A stretch of 64,000 bases of DNA from Stegostoma tigrinum (lineage: Eukaryota): positions 13,510,589 through 13,574,588 of the forward strand of contig NC_081362.1 in assembly GCF_030684315.1 (NCBI RefSeq), read 5' to 3'. This document shows, piece after piece, positions 23,757 through 37,366 of this stretch (its first letter is position 1; every line of letters starts with the position of its first letter). The notes under the pieces were generated by a model. It did no database searches and was not told the origin of the DNA. It was given only the letters and a program-made list of their open reading frames with translations. Position numbers and translations under genes: made by a program.

Positions 23757-26700
23757 TGCACCCAGGCCCGAATTCCGACCCCCCTCCCCAAAAGGCTCAT
23801 AGCAGTGGCAAAGCTGCCGGTACCTTCCACCGTTCTCATCAATCACTCCCCGCCCAAATACATTCAACTGAACCGGACAGCCGAATAATCTGAAATTAGT
23901 CCGGTAGACCCTTGAATCAATAGTTAAGAGACTTGAGGCGGACAGCCAACAATGGAGTGGTATATCAAATAAATGGCATACTGATACAATAGAGGATGCT
24001 GCGGCAGGGTGGCAAGAGCCCTACTCGACATCTGTCTATGTTCACCCTAATCTGAATATCCATGTAAGAAACTCTGAAATGAAAATTTTATCTTCTCCTC
24101 AAGAGTGGCTTCGCATGCAATTGGTCCGACAGCCACAGTAGAATGTCCTGTCAATTTTAACAGCCATGGGCAAGATTGACCCAGAGTTTCTTCTGCACTC
24201 TGGAGCCAAAGGGGGAGAAGGAGTTCAAATGCCTTCACTGTGTGATAAACCGTCAATCAATACGATTTGCTGTTGAATAGCCAGAGGACGTGCTCAGCAT
24301 TTCGTTAAGGATTCCAGATACTATCTCAAAATTGAAAGGCCAATAAAGGCCTTCAGAATTGCAGGCAGCAACAGAATACCATTACAGATATATGAGGGAG
24401 TGCCTACTTCAATTTGGACCTGCCCCTTCTACACTTCTTTGAAGACACAAAATAAGTAATTGTCTTTACAAACTTGGGGAAGGTGATGTGCAATGAGTTG
24501 GAATCACTCTAAAGTGCAATTGGTACCCGCTGCTGTGCCCAAACAGAAGACGACCCTCTGAACCAAGCAGAGGTTACCTCCATACAGTGAAACTAGCTTG
24601 TTGACTGGAAAATCCCATCTGGTCTTTTTAAGTGGCCTTAAGTGGTCATTATTTGGATTAATCAGCTGCCACCCCATGGTTAAGAGTCCCACCAATGCCC
24701 ATCCTGGTTGAGGTTCAAAGTCCAAAGTCACTTCATGGTAACATTTCACTGTGAGTTCTCACCCACTTAAAATGAAGTGTTTGGGTGTTCCAGAGACTCC
24801 TCACTAAGATATAGGTGAGGGCGCAGTTGAGCTTCCAGTACCCCTTTTCCTTCTGGCCCCATAAAGACAAATTTTAAGGTTGGAAATGCCTCTTTGTCTT
24901 ATAGACCATATTCTTATTATGAAGGGATTCACTATGGGCATTCTGCAGGTTTCTTAGTTAACATGATGACAGAGCCCCATTGAAATAATAGTACTCTGAT
25001 TTGTATGAATACACTTGACAAATTGGCACTTTAAAATGAGTACAGAGTGGGAATTTGATCCATTCTGTTTAACTGCCCACCACTCTTTTTGCCCAGCAGG
25101 ATATGTTACATTTTCCACCTGGGCATCTGAAATATGAAGGTCTTACATTCTCCATTGCATCTTGGTGTCACATCTTCCATTTCTTGCGTAATTATCTTTT
25201 GACATTTCTGAGTGAGATCGAAAGAGGACAAAATCCTTCACTTGGATTAATGCTCTCACAGAAGTAAAAATGTCAAGCTTGGAGGTATCATTTAGGTTAT
25301 ACAAAATAATCATCAGAGATTTAATTTCACACCAAGTACTGTTTTATGTTTTAAGGTTCTTTGTATATCAGTTCATTGTATATAGATTCCTAAAGGTTAA
25401 TTCCCTGATCATTGAGTAATGTTCTTCTTTTTGGTTTTGAGCATTTTCAACAAATACTATGCATAAATACACTCTGAGCAGACTTTGCACTAAATCCAGT
25501 ATTATATTTTGATGAATATATATCTATTCCTGTTGTTATTTCAATGTGAGCACCTTGTAAGATATTTTAAATTTGTTTTCATTTCCTGATCACAAATCTT
25601 TATAAATGTTGGAAATAGCAAACATCCAATCATAAATATAGCAAAAACACAAATAAGAAAATGCATAACATTTTAATATCTAGTTTTGCTTCCAATAGCG
25701 GACCATTTGTTTCAAACCCGTCTGGTCCAATTCTCTCTGTGCGCGACTACAATGATAAGTTACAGGATGTAGTTATTATTTCAGCCTAACCCGGAAAATT
25801 TATTCACTGCTGTAAAAGAGATAATTACCCAAATGGTTAAATTGTAATATACGTTTAGCAGGTGGATTTGTGTCACTGCAGTAATTGTAAATAATTAGAA
25901 AATTGTAGGATGTTCGCTGTTATTGGGAGCTACAGCTCAAAAACAAAAAGGCGTGCTTTTAAACTACAAAAGGTAGCTAACCACTCAGTTCAGAAAAGGA
26001 TGCCTGGATGATATTGGTGTAACTGAGCAGTATTATTTTACTAGAGGACATATTAAATTGATAGACAACGTAAAAGTCAGTAGCATGTAGTCATGGGGTT
26101 ATGACAGATTGCCGCTGAGGCAAACTTTGTCAAGAGCAAACAAATATCAGAAGATTCACATCTGAACTCCTCAATGCAGCATATCTTCATTATATTGCAA
26201 AATACTGCACAACTTATGCCAATATGTAGAGGGTCGGCAAATCACGTCCTGCACTTTGTACTTATATTCTATTTTATGTTATGCACGTTTGGACCTGCAT
26301 CAATAATGACAGCCGTAACATTTCAATGAAATCACTGAACCTTATATATGTTACTTACATAGAAGCTGATTAGACATTTCTGCTAACTTTCGTTTCATGA
26401 AAAGTGTTCCCAATATCTGATCATCCCCCAAGCAATGAAAATATCTGAGCCTGTATATGTAAATGACACAACAATATTTATTTGGGTCTAGAATTACAAC
26501 TCGGTAGGGTGAGTGCAATATTGAAATACACGTATTTAACCCTCCGATGTGATCATGTATGTGGTGCGTTGCGGGCTGTTAGATTACTCTGTTTCTTAAA
26601 TGAACAGAAATTGTTCACGAAATGCAAGAAACTGTTTCCTATCAAAGACTAAAGCACAACGTTCCTAGGATCTAATTGGTAAATAGGTCTGTTAACGTCA

Positions 26701-27144
26701 TTAGGATTCCCCGTAAAGAGATTCGGATCGTTTGTGCCTATTTCCGAAACTCTGCAATACTTCTTGAGACAATGAGATTTGGCACCTATTAAAGCCTAAA
26801 CATATCGTTTAAAAATCAACTTTTGCGTCTATTCACAAGATACCATCTGTGTAAAGTTAAAAAGGAGTTTATACATTCATGCAATTATATAACTTCAGTA
26901 ATTATGTCACGATTAGGCAACAAATTAGATAACCGAATCAAGATAAACTGAATCTATTTGACTAAAGAAAAGAATATCTTATTGTTCAGTTCCCTTGGAA
27001 TAATGACCCCTTCTTAAGTGAATATCTTATGTGTGCTGGATATAGATAGAAACAAAAATTCAATGAATAAATAACTATGTTAATGTAGAGTATAAAGTTC
27101 CTTTGATTTTTTTTTAACCGCAGAGCTACTTCTATACCTCACCA

Positions 27145-27170
27145 CCCCCCCCCCCCCCCCCGACTCCCCC
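27145..27170. repeat. Poly-C tract (C17 + C5)
   Basis: Read directly. Confidence 0.9.
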
Positions 27171-30100
27171 ATCTCTCTTGTATACATTTGGAGCCAGTCT
27201 GCAACATTCTGCCTTCTCTTCTTAATTGCTTCGTTGCCTGGTCCTTCTCTGCCTCCTACTTTGACCTTTTACAAACAGTAACAGCTGACAAACACAGGAG
27301 CATCTGTTTCACTTTACTCCAGGCAGATCTTCGCAACAAAATAAAAGATCGTGATCAACAACCTCACAAAGACGAATCGACAATAAATGTAACTGTAATT
27401 AGTTGGACAAAACGTTGATGTGGAACATTTAGTATAGGCCCTTAAAATTGTAGAAACGTGATATACAAGTATAATCATGATACATATCAACAGTTGTTCA
27501 TAATACATTAAAGAAATAAATAATATCCGCGTTGTGCATTCAAATTTACTTTGTTCATGTTGTGTCGCAAGTCGACAACATAATAAAAAGTTGAGTGTGA
27601 TGTTGGGATCTGCCACATAATCTCGTCAATCACTATAATCTGTGTAAACTCGTTGAAACTCATTAAAATAGCTTTCGCTCATGTAGACACGAGGCTGTAT
27701 TTCCTCCAAAGTACTCCCGAATAATATTAAAAATCCATCTCGTAAAATAATATTTCAACTAATATTCAATATTGCGTAATGCTCTTACCATTCTTAATTA
27801 TTAATATATAGTATCTTAAACACATAGTAATATTTTTGAATACTTTTGCTTCATAACATTTGCTACTTTCTCACTGTTTCCGCTGTAACAGCTGCCAAAC
27901 TGAGGAATGGGTTTTTCGCGTTAGAACTCTTGTAGCGTTCTGAATCTCCCAAAACATAAAAGTGAAAGCGTTGTTCATAATGACAGATTGGTAGTCAAAC
28001 ATATGTAACATGCAGGTGATTAGTCTATTCAAGCTGTATGTTTAATAAACTATAAACAAAGCTTCTTATGTAGATCGGTTCAGTTAGTTAACCCCCGTCC
28101 TCTCTTTTCCCATTTACACTCCAGGACAGCGATAGCAACACAGGTCAAATGGTGCGAGCATCCGAGAGGATGCTTAATTAGCCCTGGTTTCCACTGTTAG
28201 CGCTATTAGTCAGCTCTATAAATAATGTCAGAGCTAAAACGGCGCTTACACGGAATCATCGGCTGCCACCATCTTTTAAGAGTTACAACCTGAGTTAATA
28301 GGATACATTGTATGGTACAGCCACTGTCTGAGTGCCTTTGGCCTTTCCTGCATTAGATTCCCTTTTGTAAACTCCTAATAAATGAGCACTTTTGAAAACT
28401 ATACCACGACGCCGCTTCGCTTTCTAAACGTCCCTTGTCTATTACATTATTTTTTTGACTGGATGTATTTTTCCCCGATAAATGTTTAACTTCCCATCAG
28501 AATAGAAATGCCAGTGGTGGAATATTGCTTCCACTCGTCTTTGTACAATTAGGTTGTGAGCATGAGCGATAATAACTAAATGAAAACATACTAATTGGTT
28601 ATTTCAGAAACCTTCGCATTTCTTTTCACGCATATAATGATGCTTACATTGGAACGATGTTAATCATTAACACATTATAATCTACATCGTCTAGTGATGA
28701 TGGATTATTCCGGATCGACAGGTATAACAAACCAGTGACTAACAGTACTGTAAACAAGTTGTGTGTCCCCATGTGGGACTGTTGACGATATTTCCCATGG
28801 ACCCGCGACCAACACTGTTATGTATAATCGATCTTCAGCAGCAAGTCAAAATAATAATAAGACTAACATACTTTGAACCTGTGATGTTCTGCCTTGCGTA
28901 AATGCATTGTTTTAAAACTATTGAACGCATTGTCGCATTTTTCATCGTCGTACGCCAATATTAACACTCAGAAATATTTCATAGAAAGAGAAACGACATC
29001 GAAAATGATTTTTATAAATCACACACACAATTTAGCTACAATTTTAAGTCCTCTTAAAACAGGTAATTACAATGTCCCCGAGTGCTGAATTCAACTGTTT
29101 CCCTCTGATTGTAATTGTTGGTAGGGAGGAACTAAAACTATCTAAAATGAGGTGATGTAGCCTTTGCAACTGAGAATTCAATGACTAGGGCCAGAGGCTG
29201 GCTCGATTGAGTGCGGAAAACAGCTATTGGTCTAGGCACAAACTTACTCTGGTGATTAAGGTGCAAACACCGATTTCGTCCTTCATTTTCACGGTGCATT
29301 GGATGATTTTAGGCCAGGATCGGCTGTAATGGATCTATCATCAGGAAACAATTACCTTTTCAGTGTAGTTCAACTGATGATAGACACTGTTATTTCAGAA
29401 ATAGGATCGTTTTATTTCTTATTACACTAAATAACATCCAGCAGCTTGAAATTGCCATGTTCTTCAAAGCTGCCCATTGGAGAAAATTGCTGCATTTATC
29501 ACGTTGTGCATCTCTGGAGAACAAAATCCAGCGTGAATCAAACATCAGGCATCCTAAATGTAACAGAAATACATCATTCAATATATCTGGAAATGTTCTA
29601 GGCGGTTCAAATATTAATAACTGAATAAATAATAACGCTCAAACTCCATATCAATTTAAATACCCCAGAATGACACTCCACGGGTTGAGGAAATAGGGTT
29701 CTGATTTACTTCTAAACCCTTGTACTGTTAGTTCATTGTACATCAAGACCTTACACATTTAAATGAATTGCTTAAAATAATCACTCGCTGTGATTTAATT
29801 TTGGGTGATCTTTTAATTTGTAAAGTGGGGCTATTACATACTGATCTTGTACCAGGTTCAGATTATTCAGTGCAAGTGGAAAGACTTTGGTTTGTATGCA
29901 ACGTCTATGGATCTCTAATGCAGATTTTTTAAAAGACAGGATCAAATTTGTTGCCTATCCTTTCAAAAATTTGTGGGTGTGCATTGCTTCCGAAAGCACA
30001 TGATTTGCTGACCACGAAGTGCAGTCTACATACTAAAGGCTTCATTTGCCCGCAGCTGCGGTTCACCGAAGCTTTTATAAAGTGGATGTGGTTTCTCGGC

Positions 30101-32542
30101 CACCTGACTGCATTATAGCGATGATATTATGCCATAAAATGTATAGATGTCCATTTCAACTTTATCTGTGTTGAGCTTCACTTCTCAAACTTACTATCAC
30201 CATGAGGAGTGGAACTGCCCTAGTTATCTGAAGGATCAGGTGCAGTGTAAGAAACGCGGTGGTGAGTTACAAGAGTCTCTCGTAAAACCAGAAGTACAGT
30301 AATTGGTAACAGGCTACGCTGTGAGTAGTGCAGCCAAGTGGGTCTCGCCAGCACGACACGATATCTAATAAATATGAACCCGGGACATACTTTTATCACC
30401 GACGCGAGAGGATTAAGTTCGATTACCTGGTGCATCAATAATTTATAGCGCATAGTATCATAGAATCATAAAATCGACACTTCTGCGTTAACGATTTTGC
30501 CTTTTTAATATTTTCATGGTATTTATTTTGTCGTGAATTCTTTTCCGCGTTAACATTAAAATCGCCATTTTTATATCCTGTTATCGTAAATGCGAATTTT
30601 CCACAGTGACCAATGTGTATCCTATAGGTACACCTGCAATAAAGAAACGCGTCCTTCAGATAATGGAGAAGCCGGTTTCAGTAATAAATCCTTCGTTCGG
30701 TGTAAATGATTTGTGTGGATAAAAAGTCTTCTTGTTTAAAAAAAGCTTAGAAAAGCTTTTGCCACGCCAGAAAAATTTGTCGCTCAGTACATTGGTGTTT
30801 GAAGCACTAATCAAAATAATTCTGTGGAGAGTCTCCTTTTTTAATATAAATATGCAGCGTATAGCTTGTAAGTGTACACAAGTACTAAATAAACAATTAC
30901 GGTATTGACTTTGGAATGACATCTCTATAAAGCCCGCTGAGCGTCACGTGTTTAATCATTAAAATTGTAATAATTAATACTATATTGAGCCAATATTTCA
31001 GAACATGTTTCTGAAAACATTACCACAAAAAGCTACAGTTGAAATCACAAGGCGGATAAATCAAAATCAAGATACTATTTAGCGATAATTATCACTGCGT
31101 TGACTATGGCTTTATAATGTCGTGTGAGATCCTTTTTAATTATAAATTACGCATTCTCCATATGAGGTGCGAACTGCAATATTGAATTCCACCCAGTTTG
31201 TGTTCCAGTGTTTGGAATAATGCTCACGACGTTGAAATGACAAGGTTCACTTCTGAAATGTATACTCTCTTGTTTTGACTGGGTGCACTGGCTGTTTCCC
31301 GACCGTGTTTCACAGCTGAGGTGCCTAATTGTCAGCTCCTTCAACAGACACTAATCAAGCAATTTCCCCATCCCAGCCCCATCAAATTGCTCTTTAGCTG
31401 TTGAACTGTAGAGTTTTGCTCCTCTTTTCTCATGCTAATCACGGCCATTCATGCGCTCACTGTGAGGCTATTTGTAGTGGGAATAAATACCCTTGTTTGC
31501 CTGCCGCATGATTAATTGATATTGTTATATGGCTTTTGTTTGTGCTACCGGGAGCTGAAAGGCAGCACATATTGTATGTGACGAAGGGAGACAGAAACAT
31601 CATTTCACCGCTGGGGTCTCCGAAAGGTCGAGGAAGGTTCCAACTGCATTATTCATCGTATTCATTTTTCCTCATTAAAAATATGATGAAAGCTTAAAAT
31701 AGGGGGCTCGAGGTTTTATTGACCAGTCCCTTCAGCCACATAGAAACAGCCTGATCACACACATTTAGACAGCTGCAGCTTTCTGCAAGTCTCTTGTTTA
31801 GATTTTTTTTGTCTTTGTTGCCAACACTAAAGCTATCTAAAGCTGCATATGTCTGAAGAACTGTATTTCTCATCTGTTGTAAATTAATATGGTAATACCA
31901 TCGACTGGTATTTCTGTCTGATGCTTTTCAACGTTTTTCCTCCTGAATTACAAAAAACAGAGAATTTTCCTTTTCCTGTGCAGAGAGGTAATTGATATGC
32001 CGCATCAGGGGTCAGGATTTGCATAAGAATTAAGTGCAGTAAATTAATTTAATATTCCATGCACATCTACAATTATTCCTGCAGACCTTTGTTTCACTGT
32101 CTTAGAGATAGAGGTTCAGCTGCTCTTCAGCCAAACGACATCTGTGCTGTTAATAATTTGATAAACAGCTAATACAAATAGTTTCTGAATTATCTGGCTG
32201 CCCAGGGACTAGTCAGAGAGACTTGCAACATTTGGCATGGTGTTTTATGTGGAGCAGGTTTTATCTGACGAATGACGAAATTCATTCGCCACAACCTTGG
32301 ATTCAATTATTCGTTCGATTCAGATAACACGAGGAAGCAGTCAGGAAGACGATTTGTATATTTGGGGTCTCAATTCACACACTTAAAATAAAAGCATGAC
32401 CCCCACCGATTGAGTGATCAATATTTAACATTTGTAACCATTGCCATAAGACTTTTATTCACATTGATTAACTGGGGTCGATCTGCATTTGGAACATTTG
32501 TTACACACTCCAGCACAATAACTAACTTTAAATACGTGACCA

Positions 32543-32630
32543 GAGATAACAAAGTGTGGAGCTGAATGAACACAGCAGGCCAAGCAGCATCTGAGGAGCA
32601 CAAACGCCGACGTTTCGGGCCTGGACCCTA
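32543..32630 (-). mobile_element. Penelope-derived insert (family A), truncated within the hammerhead
   Basis: gagataacaaagtgtggagctgaatgaacacagcaggccaagc...gacgtttcgggcctggaccct. Confidence 0.8.
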
Positions 32631-34979
32631 CATTTCAGATTATATAATTATTTCTAGACATAGTGACCCCTTTTCAGTTTACCACTAAATATCGTGTAAT
32701 TGATTGTTGTTCTTAGTGATATTCCTGAAATTCAGCTTCATGCTGACATTTTGTATTACAAATTTTGCAATAATACTACCAATTTAGAAACTCAAATGAA
32801 TTACAATACATGCCAAGTCCAACACAGTGTACCTGAAAGAAGCTACCTTCGGGATTCCTGCTTTTGCCTGAATGTTATAAGTAATCAGCTGATCGACAAG
32901 TTCAGCAGGCGACATATTCGTTCCAATTCAGTAACTCCTTTTTCAAGTACCTGGTCAAAAAAAGACAAATCGCGTATAATTAATTTGGTAGGAAAAAACA
33001 TTTTTGTCGAGATAAAACTTTTGTATCATTTTTCCCATGCAACAACGACTTTCAGCATGAAAAAACCCTAGGACCTTCACTGAAGTGCTCGATTATGGTA
33101 AAGCCAATTACCTAATACCATGCCGTTTTACGTCTACAACTTTCTTAAGCTTATCACATTGGCAGAGGAGCATACTTTTTGTACTTATTGGAATGGTAGC
33201 TGATTTTGTACCATATGCAAAATGCCACATGTCCATACGACTATTTGGCGGAAGTTTTGAAGCAAACGATGTCACAAATTAAGTAGAAAAATACATACGT
33301 GTTATGGTCTTTAGCGTATGCTGCCCTCGCCTGTCGTCAATGTAACAACTTGCATTTAATATGAGTACATTGTTGGAATTCCATTTAAACGTTTTAAGGT
33401 TTATATCTTTTCCATTTATGTTTGTCTCTTTGTATGTTTACATTTTAATGTACACAGACATAAAACGTGAATAGATCAATGATATATTTCCCCTTTTCGG
33501 AGTTCTCACACGAGTAACTGTAACAGCCCACTCATGTCAAGAGGAGTCTTAGGAACCTTCCTGAAGCTGCAACAGTCGGGTTAACAGAAAAAAGTAAATC
33601 CCTGGGTTAACATGACTTCCAGCCTTCTACTGCTTCACTCATACCTTGTGCAGTGATCATTAACAGCGTGCGACAGAAATTGTTTCTTTCCCCATTTAAG
33701 TTAAAACAACTTCATTATAACAGAGACATACAGATGGGAATGTAGCGAACAGATATAAAGGGAAATTAGAGAAACACGCCACTTCACCATTTAAACCATA
33801 CTGTTTGATTTCGTAGCAAGTATTTCAGTTAAGTGCGTGTACTTGAGAGTTGAATAATAGTTTAGACGCCACGTTTGGATATATTCACCAAAGCACGCTT
33901 TCAAATCAATTCTTAAAATTTAGAGTATTCAATAGTCGAAGTTGTGGAGAGATATTATAGACACCTACTTTAAGTTTGGGCATTTACACAGCGGACCAAG
34001 AGCATTTCACACACTGGGCACCAGCGCATACGAATTATCTTGTGTCAAAATTTTACAAAGCTGTGATTATCTTCTGATTAGACAGTTTATATAAAAACGT
34101 TTAAGCGACGGAACTATGCAAAATTTACCATTTCTGTTTTTCTTAAAAATAAACTGGCCAACAACGCTTAAAACGAAAGTACTTCGAAACGATTGCCGAT
34201 TGCACTCTGGCTGAGCAGTATCACCATTCTTTTGGCGATGTTGTTTACATTGTTTAATGAGAAATATCAAATTTTGACTAAAAGAATTAACCTTTGGTAT
34301 ATATTTTGGTGTAAGTAGATAGTTCCTCACCTGCGCTGGCCTGTATCCGTGATCTCCTCCTCGTGCTGCGATTGGTATTCTTACTTACCTAGCAACCAAA
34401 CCCATGATACGAGGCATCTGGTGCTCTGCCCTATATATGTTACAGAATAAAGGGAATGTTACAGCTTCGTGTGGAGAAAATCGCTACGGCACCCCCGCCG
34501 TGGCTCTGTAATTTACCCATTTACACCATTATGTGATAAATGTCGGGAATACCAACTCAAACAATCTTAACATTTATATTGCTGGAGTCTTGGCACCAAA
34601 GCCGTTTGCTTTTATTCTGATTAGTGCCTTCCCATAGGTTTTCCATGCTTATTTATTTGTCAACGAATGTAGAAAAGCACTTCCAAACAATTATACCTAA
34701 AGATCTGTGGTAACATGAGGTGGCAAGTACAACATTCTCGCCTCTCCTAGCTGTTGGAAGTAGCAGGAGACGTTTCCGAATCCGAGTTACCTTCAGCTAA
34801 CAGTTTAGTTCACGTGTACTTCAGGATCGGGTAAAAATTGCATTTTACATAGGAACGTGAACATCAAGTGAAAAGTTCGTACTAGCCTTCGCTCAGAAGA
34901 GGCGAGATTTAGACTCAGCAGACCAATATTCTAATTTGGCTGGAACATCAACAGTGGGTTCCGGACCAACCAAGTATTT

Positions 34980-35099
34980 CTGAAGAAGGGTTCAGACCCG
35001 AAACGTCAGCTTTCCTGCTCCTCTGATGCTGCTTGGCCTGCCAATTCTACACCTTGTTATCTCAGATTCTCCAACATCGGCAGTTCCTATTATCTCTGA
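34980..35099 (+). mobile_element. Penelope-derived insert beginning with an intact hammerhead core
   Basis: CTGAAGA-A-GGGT-tcag-ACCC-GAAA-CGTC at 34980-35007; aagtattt repeated on both flanks. Confidence 0.85.
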
Positions 35100-36414
35100 A
35101 AGTATTTACGTTATCTTCTCTATTATGCATTTTTATTGTAACAAAGACTATTGTTACGAAGCTGACAACATATCAGTGTAAATCATATGACTAGCTTATA
35201 GCAGTTGGATATGTTTATATATATATTTATCTAAATGGCTGAAGACAGCTACCACCAAGGCCTGATTGTGAAAATATTTGGATTTCTGGAGATCAGATCG
35301 CTGGGAATTTGTTTCTATCCAGCGGCGTTGCTCTCGATCGAGTGGGCAAGGCAACGGGTGGGGTTCGCTGACTTAGTTGGGAGCTAGCTCCGAAAATGTG
35401 TCTGAAGATGGACGAAATATTAAAGGTTAGGGAGAGAGTAATGTATTAGCGGAGACAGGTGGGGAGCCCTTTACGAAATCCATTAATCAGTTGTGAGACA
35501 GGTAGAACAGTGGAGCTGCAGATTTCCTCCGACAATCTCGATTTTTAGAATTCCAGGCGCCCAGACAAACTGCACACCTCAGAATTTTAAAAATTTGCAT
35601 TACTTACAATAATTGGTCCTATCAACAGGGACTTGTTTGAAACGCTGTAGCAACAGTTCCCACGACCGCACCTCCCCCCACCCCGAACTGATTGGACAAT
35701 TTACCGGAAAATAAGAGTGGAAGGAGAGATTTTATTTTTAAAAAGTTTTTGAACTCCAAAGAAAATAATTTTCTGTTCTCCTCATTTCTTAATCGGAAAA
35801 TAGAAACTTATATTTGCACTGTGCCTTATTAGACCCTCAGCATACGTCAAGTGCCACATAACTCAATAGTCTACTTTTGAAATGCAGATATTCGAATATA
35901 AGGTAACGGATAAAAATTGAAGCTTGTCTAATGAGGAAGAAACAAATGAACGCTGCATGTTCACACTACACATAAGGGACACAACAAACGTCTTTCAATC
36001 AATTTACTCAAAAGATTTTTTTCTCAATTTTTTTTGGAAATTATGTACTCATTTCATGTTTTGCTGTTTAAAAGATTGTCTTCAAATTTGAAATCTGGTT
36101 TTACTGTTTCTTTCATAATTATGTAAATCATGAACATTGTAAAAAGAAGTCGGTGTCTGTCAAGTTCATCGTGGCTGTTTACATTTTCATCCTACCTTTC
36201 TTTGAGAAAAGACGGATGCCTGCTTCAACCACTCCAGCTTGCTTTTAAAAGAATTCTGCACAAGTATGCTGGACGTCAGCATTATCCTTAACATTGGCAT
36301 TGATCATATACCAAGTGGCAACATAAATTAGTATAAACTTAACGACTTTGAAAATAATTAGAATTGGTGAAAACGTAAGAAGAATAAGACCAGAACATGT
36401 CAGTGCAAAAGTAA

Positions 36415-36490
36415 TATACTGTGGATGCTAGGAATCTGAAATAAAGACAGAAAACGATGGAAATATTCAGCAGGTCTGGCAGCTTCTCTG
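36415..36490 (-). mobile_element. Penelope-derived tail fragment
   Basis: atactgtggatgctaggaatctgaaataaagacagaaaa..ggaaatattcagcaggtctggcagc. Confidence 0.6.
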
Positions 36491-37366
36491 AAATCAGTCA
36501 ACATGAAAGTTTGATTAATTTTTGTGAGGATAAGTAGTAGTGTTTGTTTATTACTATTTTTCTGCCCATGGTTTTAGAATTTTGGTTAGAATGCAAATAC
36601 TGCACTTTATGCCAGCTTTTCCATTGTTCATTTTATTTTTAAACTCTAATAATATAAAATAGAACTTTATTTGTTTTAATTTTTGGAATTTATTATATGC
36701 TAATTTGTCATTCAGGTAAATTAACCCTTGGTGACCAAAACACTCAAACATCAGATACAATTCTGTCTGTTTTAGTTTCAAATGAATAGAAAACATAGAA
36801 CATGAATATATGTAAGAAGTTTCATCACTTCAAAATTAGTCACCAATTACGCATTTGTGAGAGAAAGGAATTTTAGAGGGTATTAAAAATAAAACAAAAA
36901 AGGAAGGGTTTTGTATCAGTTAAAATTTTAAAATATGTAAGGCCTGTAAAGAAAATTCACCATGTTCTAAGCTACATTTTGGGACAGCTTTACACTGAAA
37001 ATCAAAGGTGTTTTTATAGTTCATGCCATTCAACTGGGGTAATGTATAATCAATGCTATTTTCCTTTTCCCCGTTTTGAACGCAGATGTCACATTGGGAA
37101 ACAACAGTATACTGAATATCACCTGAGCTTGCAAAACAATGCTATTATAAGATTCATGGCTCCTTAAACCATATCTGCTTATGAAACAATAAAGTAATAA
37201 TGTATGAAACTGGTGCCTGGCATCCCTTTGGGATCTGAAAAGAGCATTGTGTGCTGATCACTTTATCATAGCATCACCAAATTATATTTGCTTGTTTATA
37301 TAGTTCAAAAATTCATTTAGTTCAGAACATCAGTATTAAGCCTTGTATTGTTAGTGGATTATGCAG

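Larger units (their letters stand above)
23440..23900 (-). promoter_or_regulatory. CpG-island promoter of KIZ with a GC box
   Basis: Sharp rise in GC and CpG around exon 1; CCCCGCCC at about 23848-23855. Confidence 0.8.
25500..36400. promoter_or_regulatory. Repeat-poor, CpG-retaining non-coding block, probably a cis-regulatory/CNE cluster
   Basis: Only a few tiny inserts in about 11 kb; visibly more CpG than flanks despite AT richness; dense TAAT, TTGT and CAGCTG motifs; no credible ORF. Confidence 0.5.

Noticed and set aside
23496-23867. 123-aa ORF and overlapping ORFs at the CpG island
   Set aside because: Long ORFs are expected in GC-rich DNA; only 65 nt in another frame is supported as KIZ exon 1.
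23990-25120. GC-richer stretch upstream of the promoter as a divergent gene
   Set aside because: No credible ORF or splice pattern; it resembles a decayed interspersed repeat that I cannot classify.
28690-28900. Box C/D snoRNA candidate (GTGATGA at about 28694)
   Set aside because: No suitably placed CTGA box D or terminal stem, and no supported host intron.
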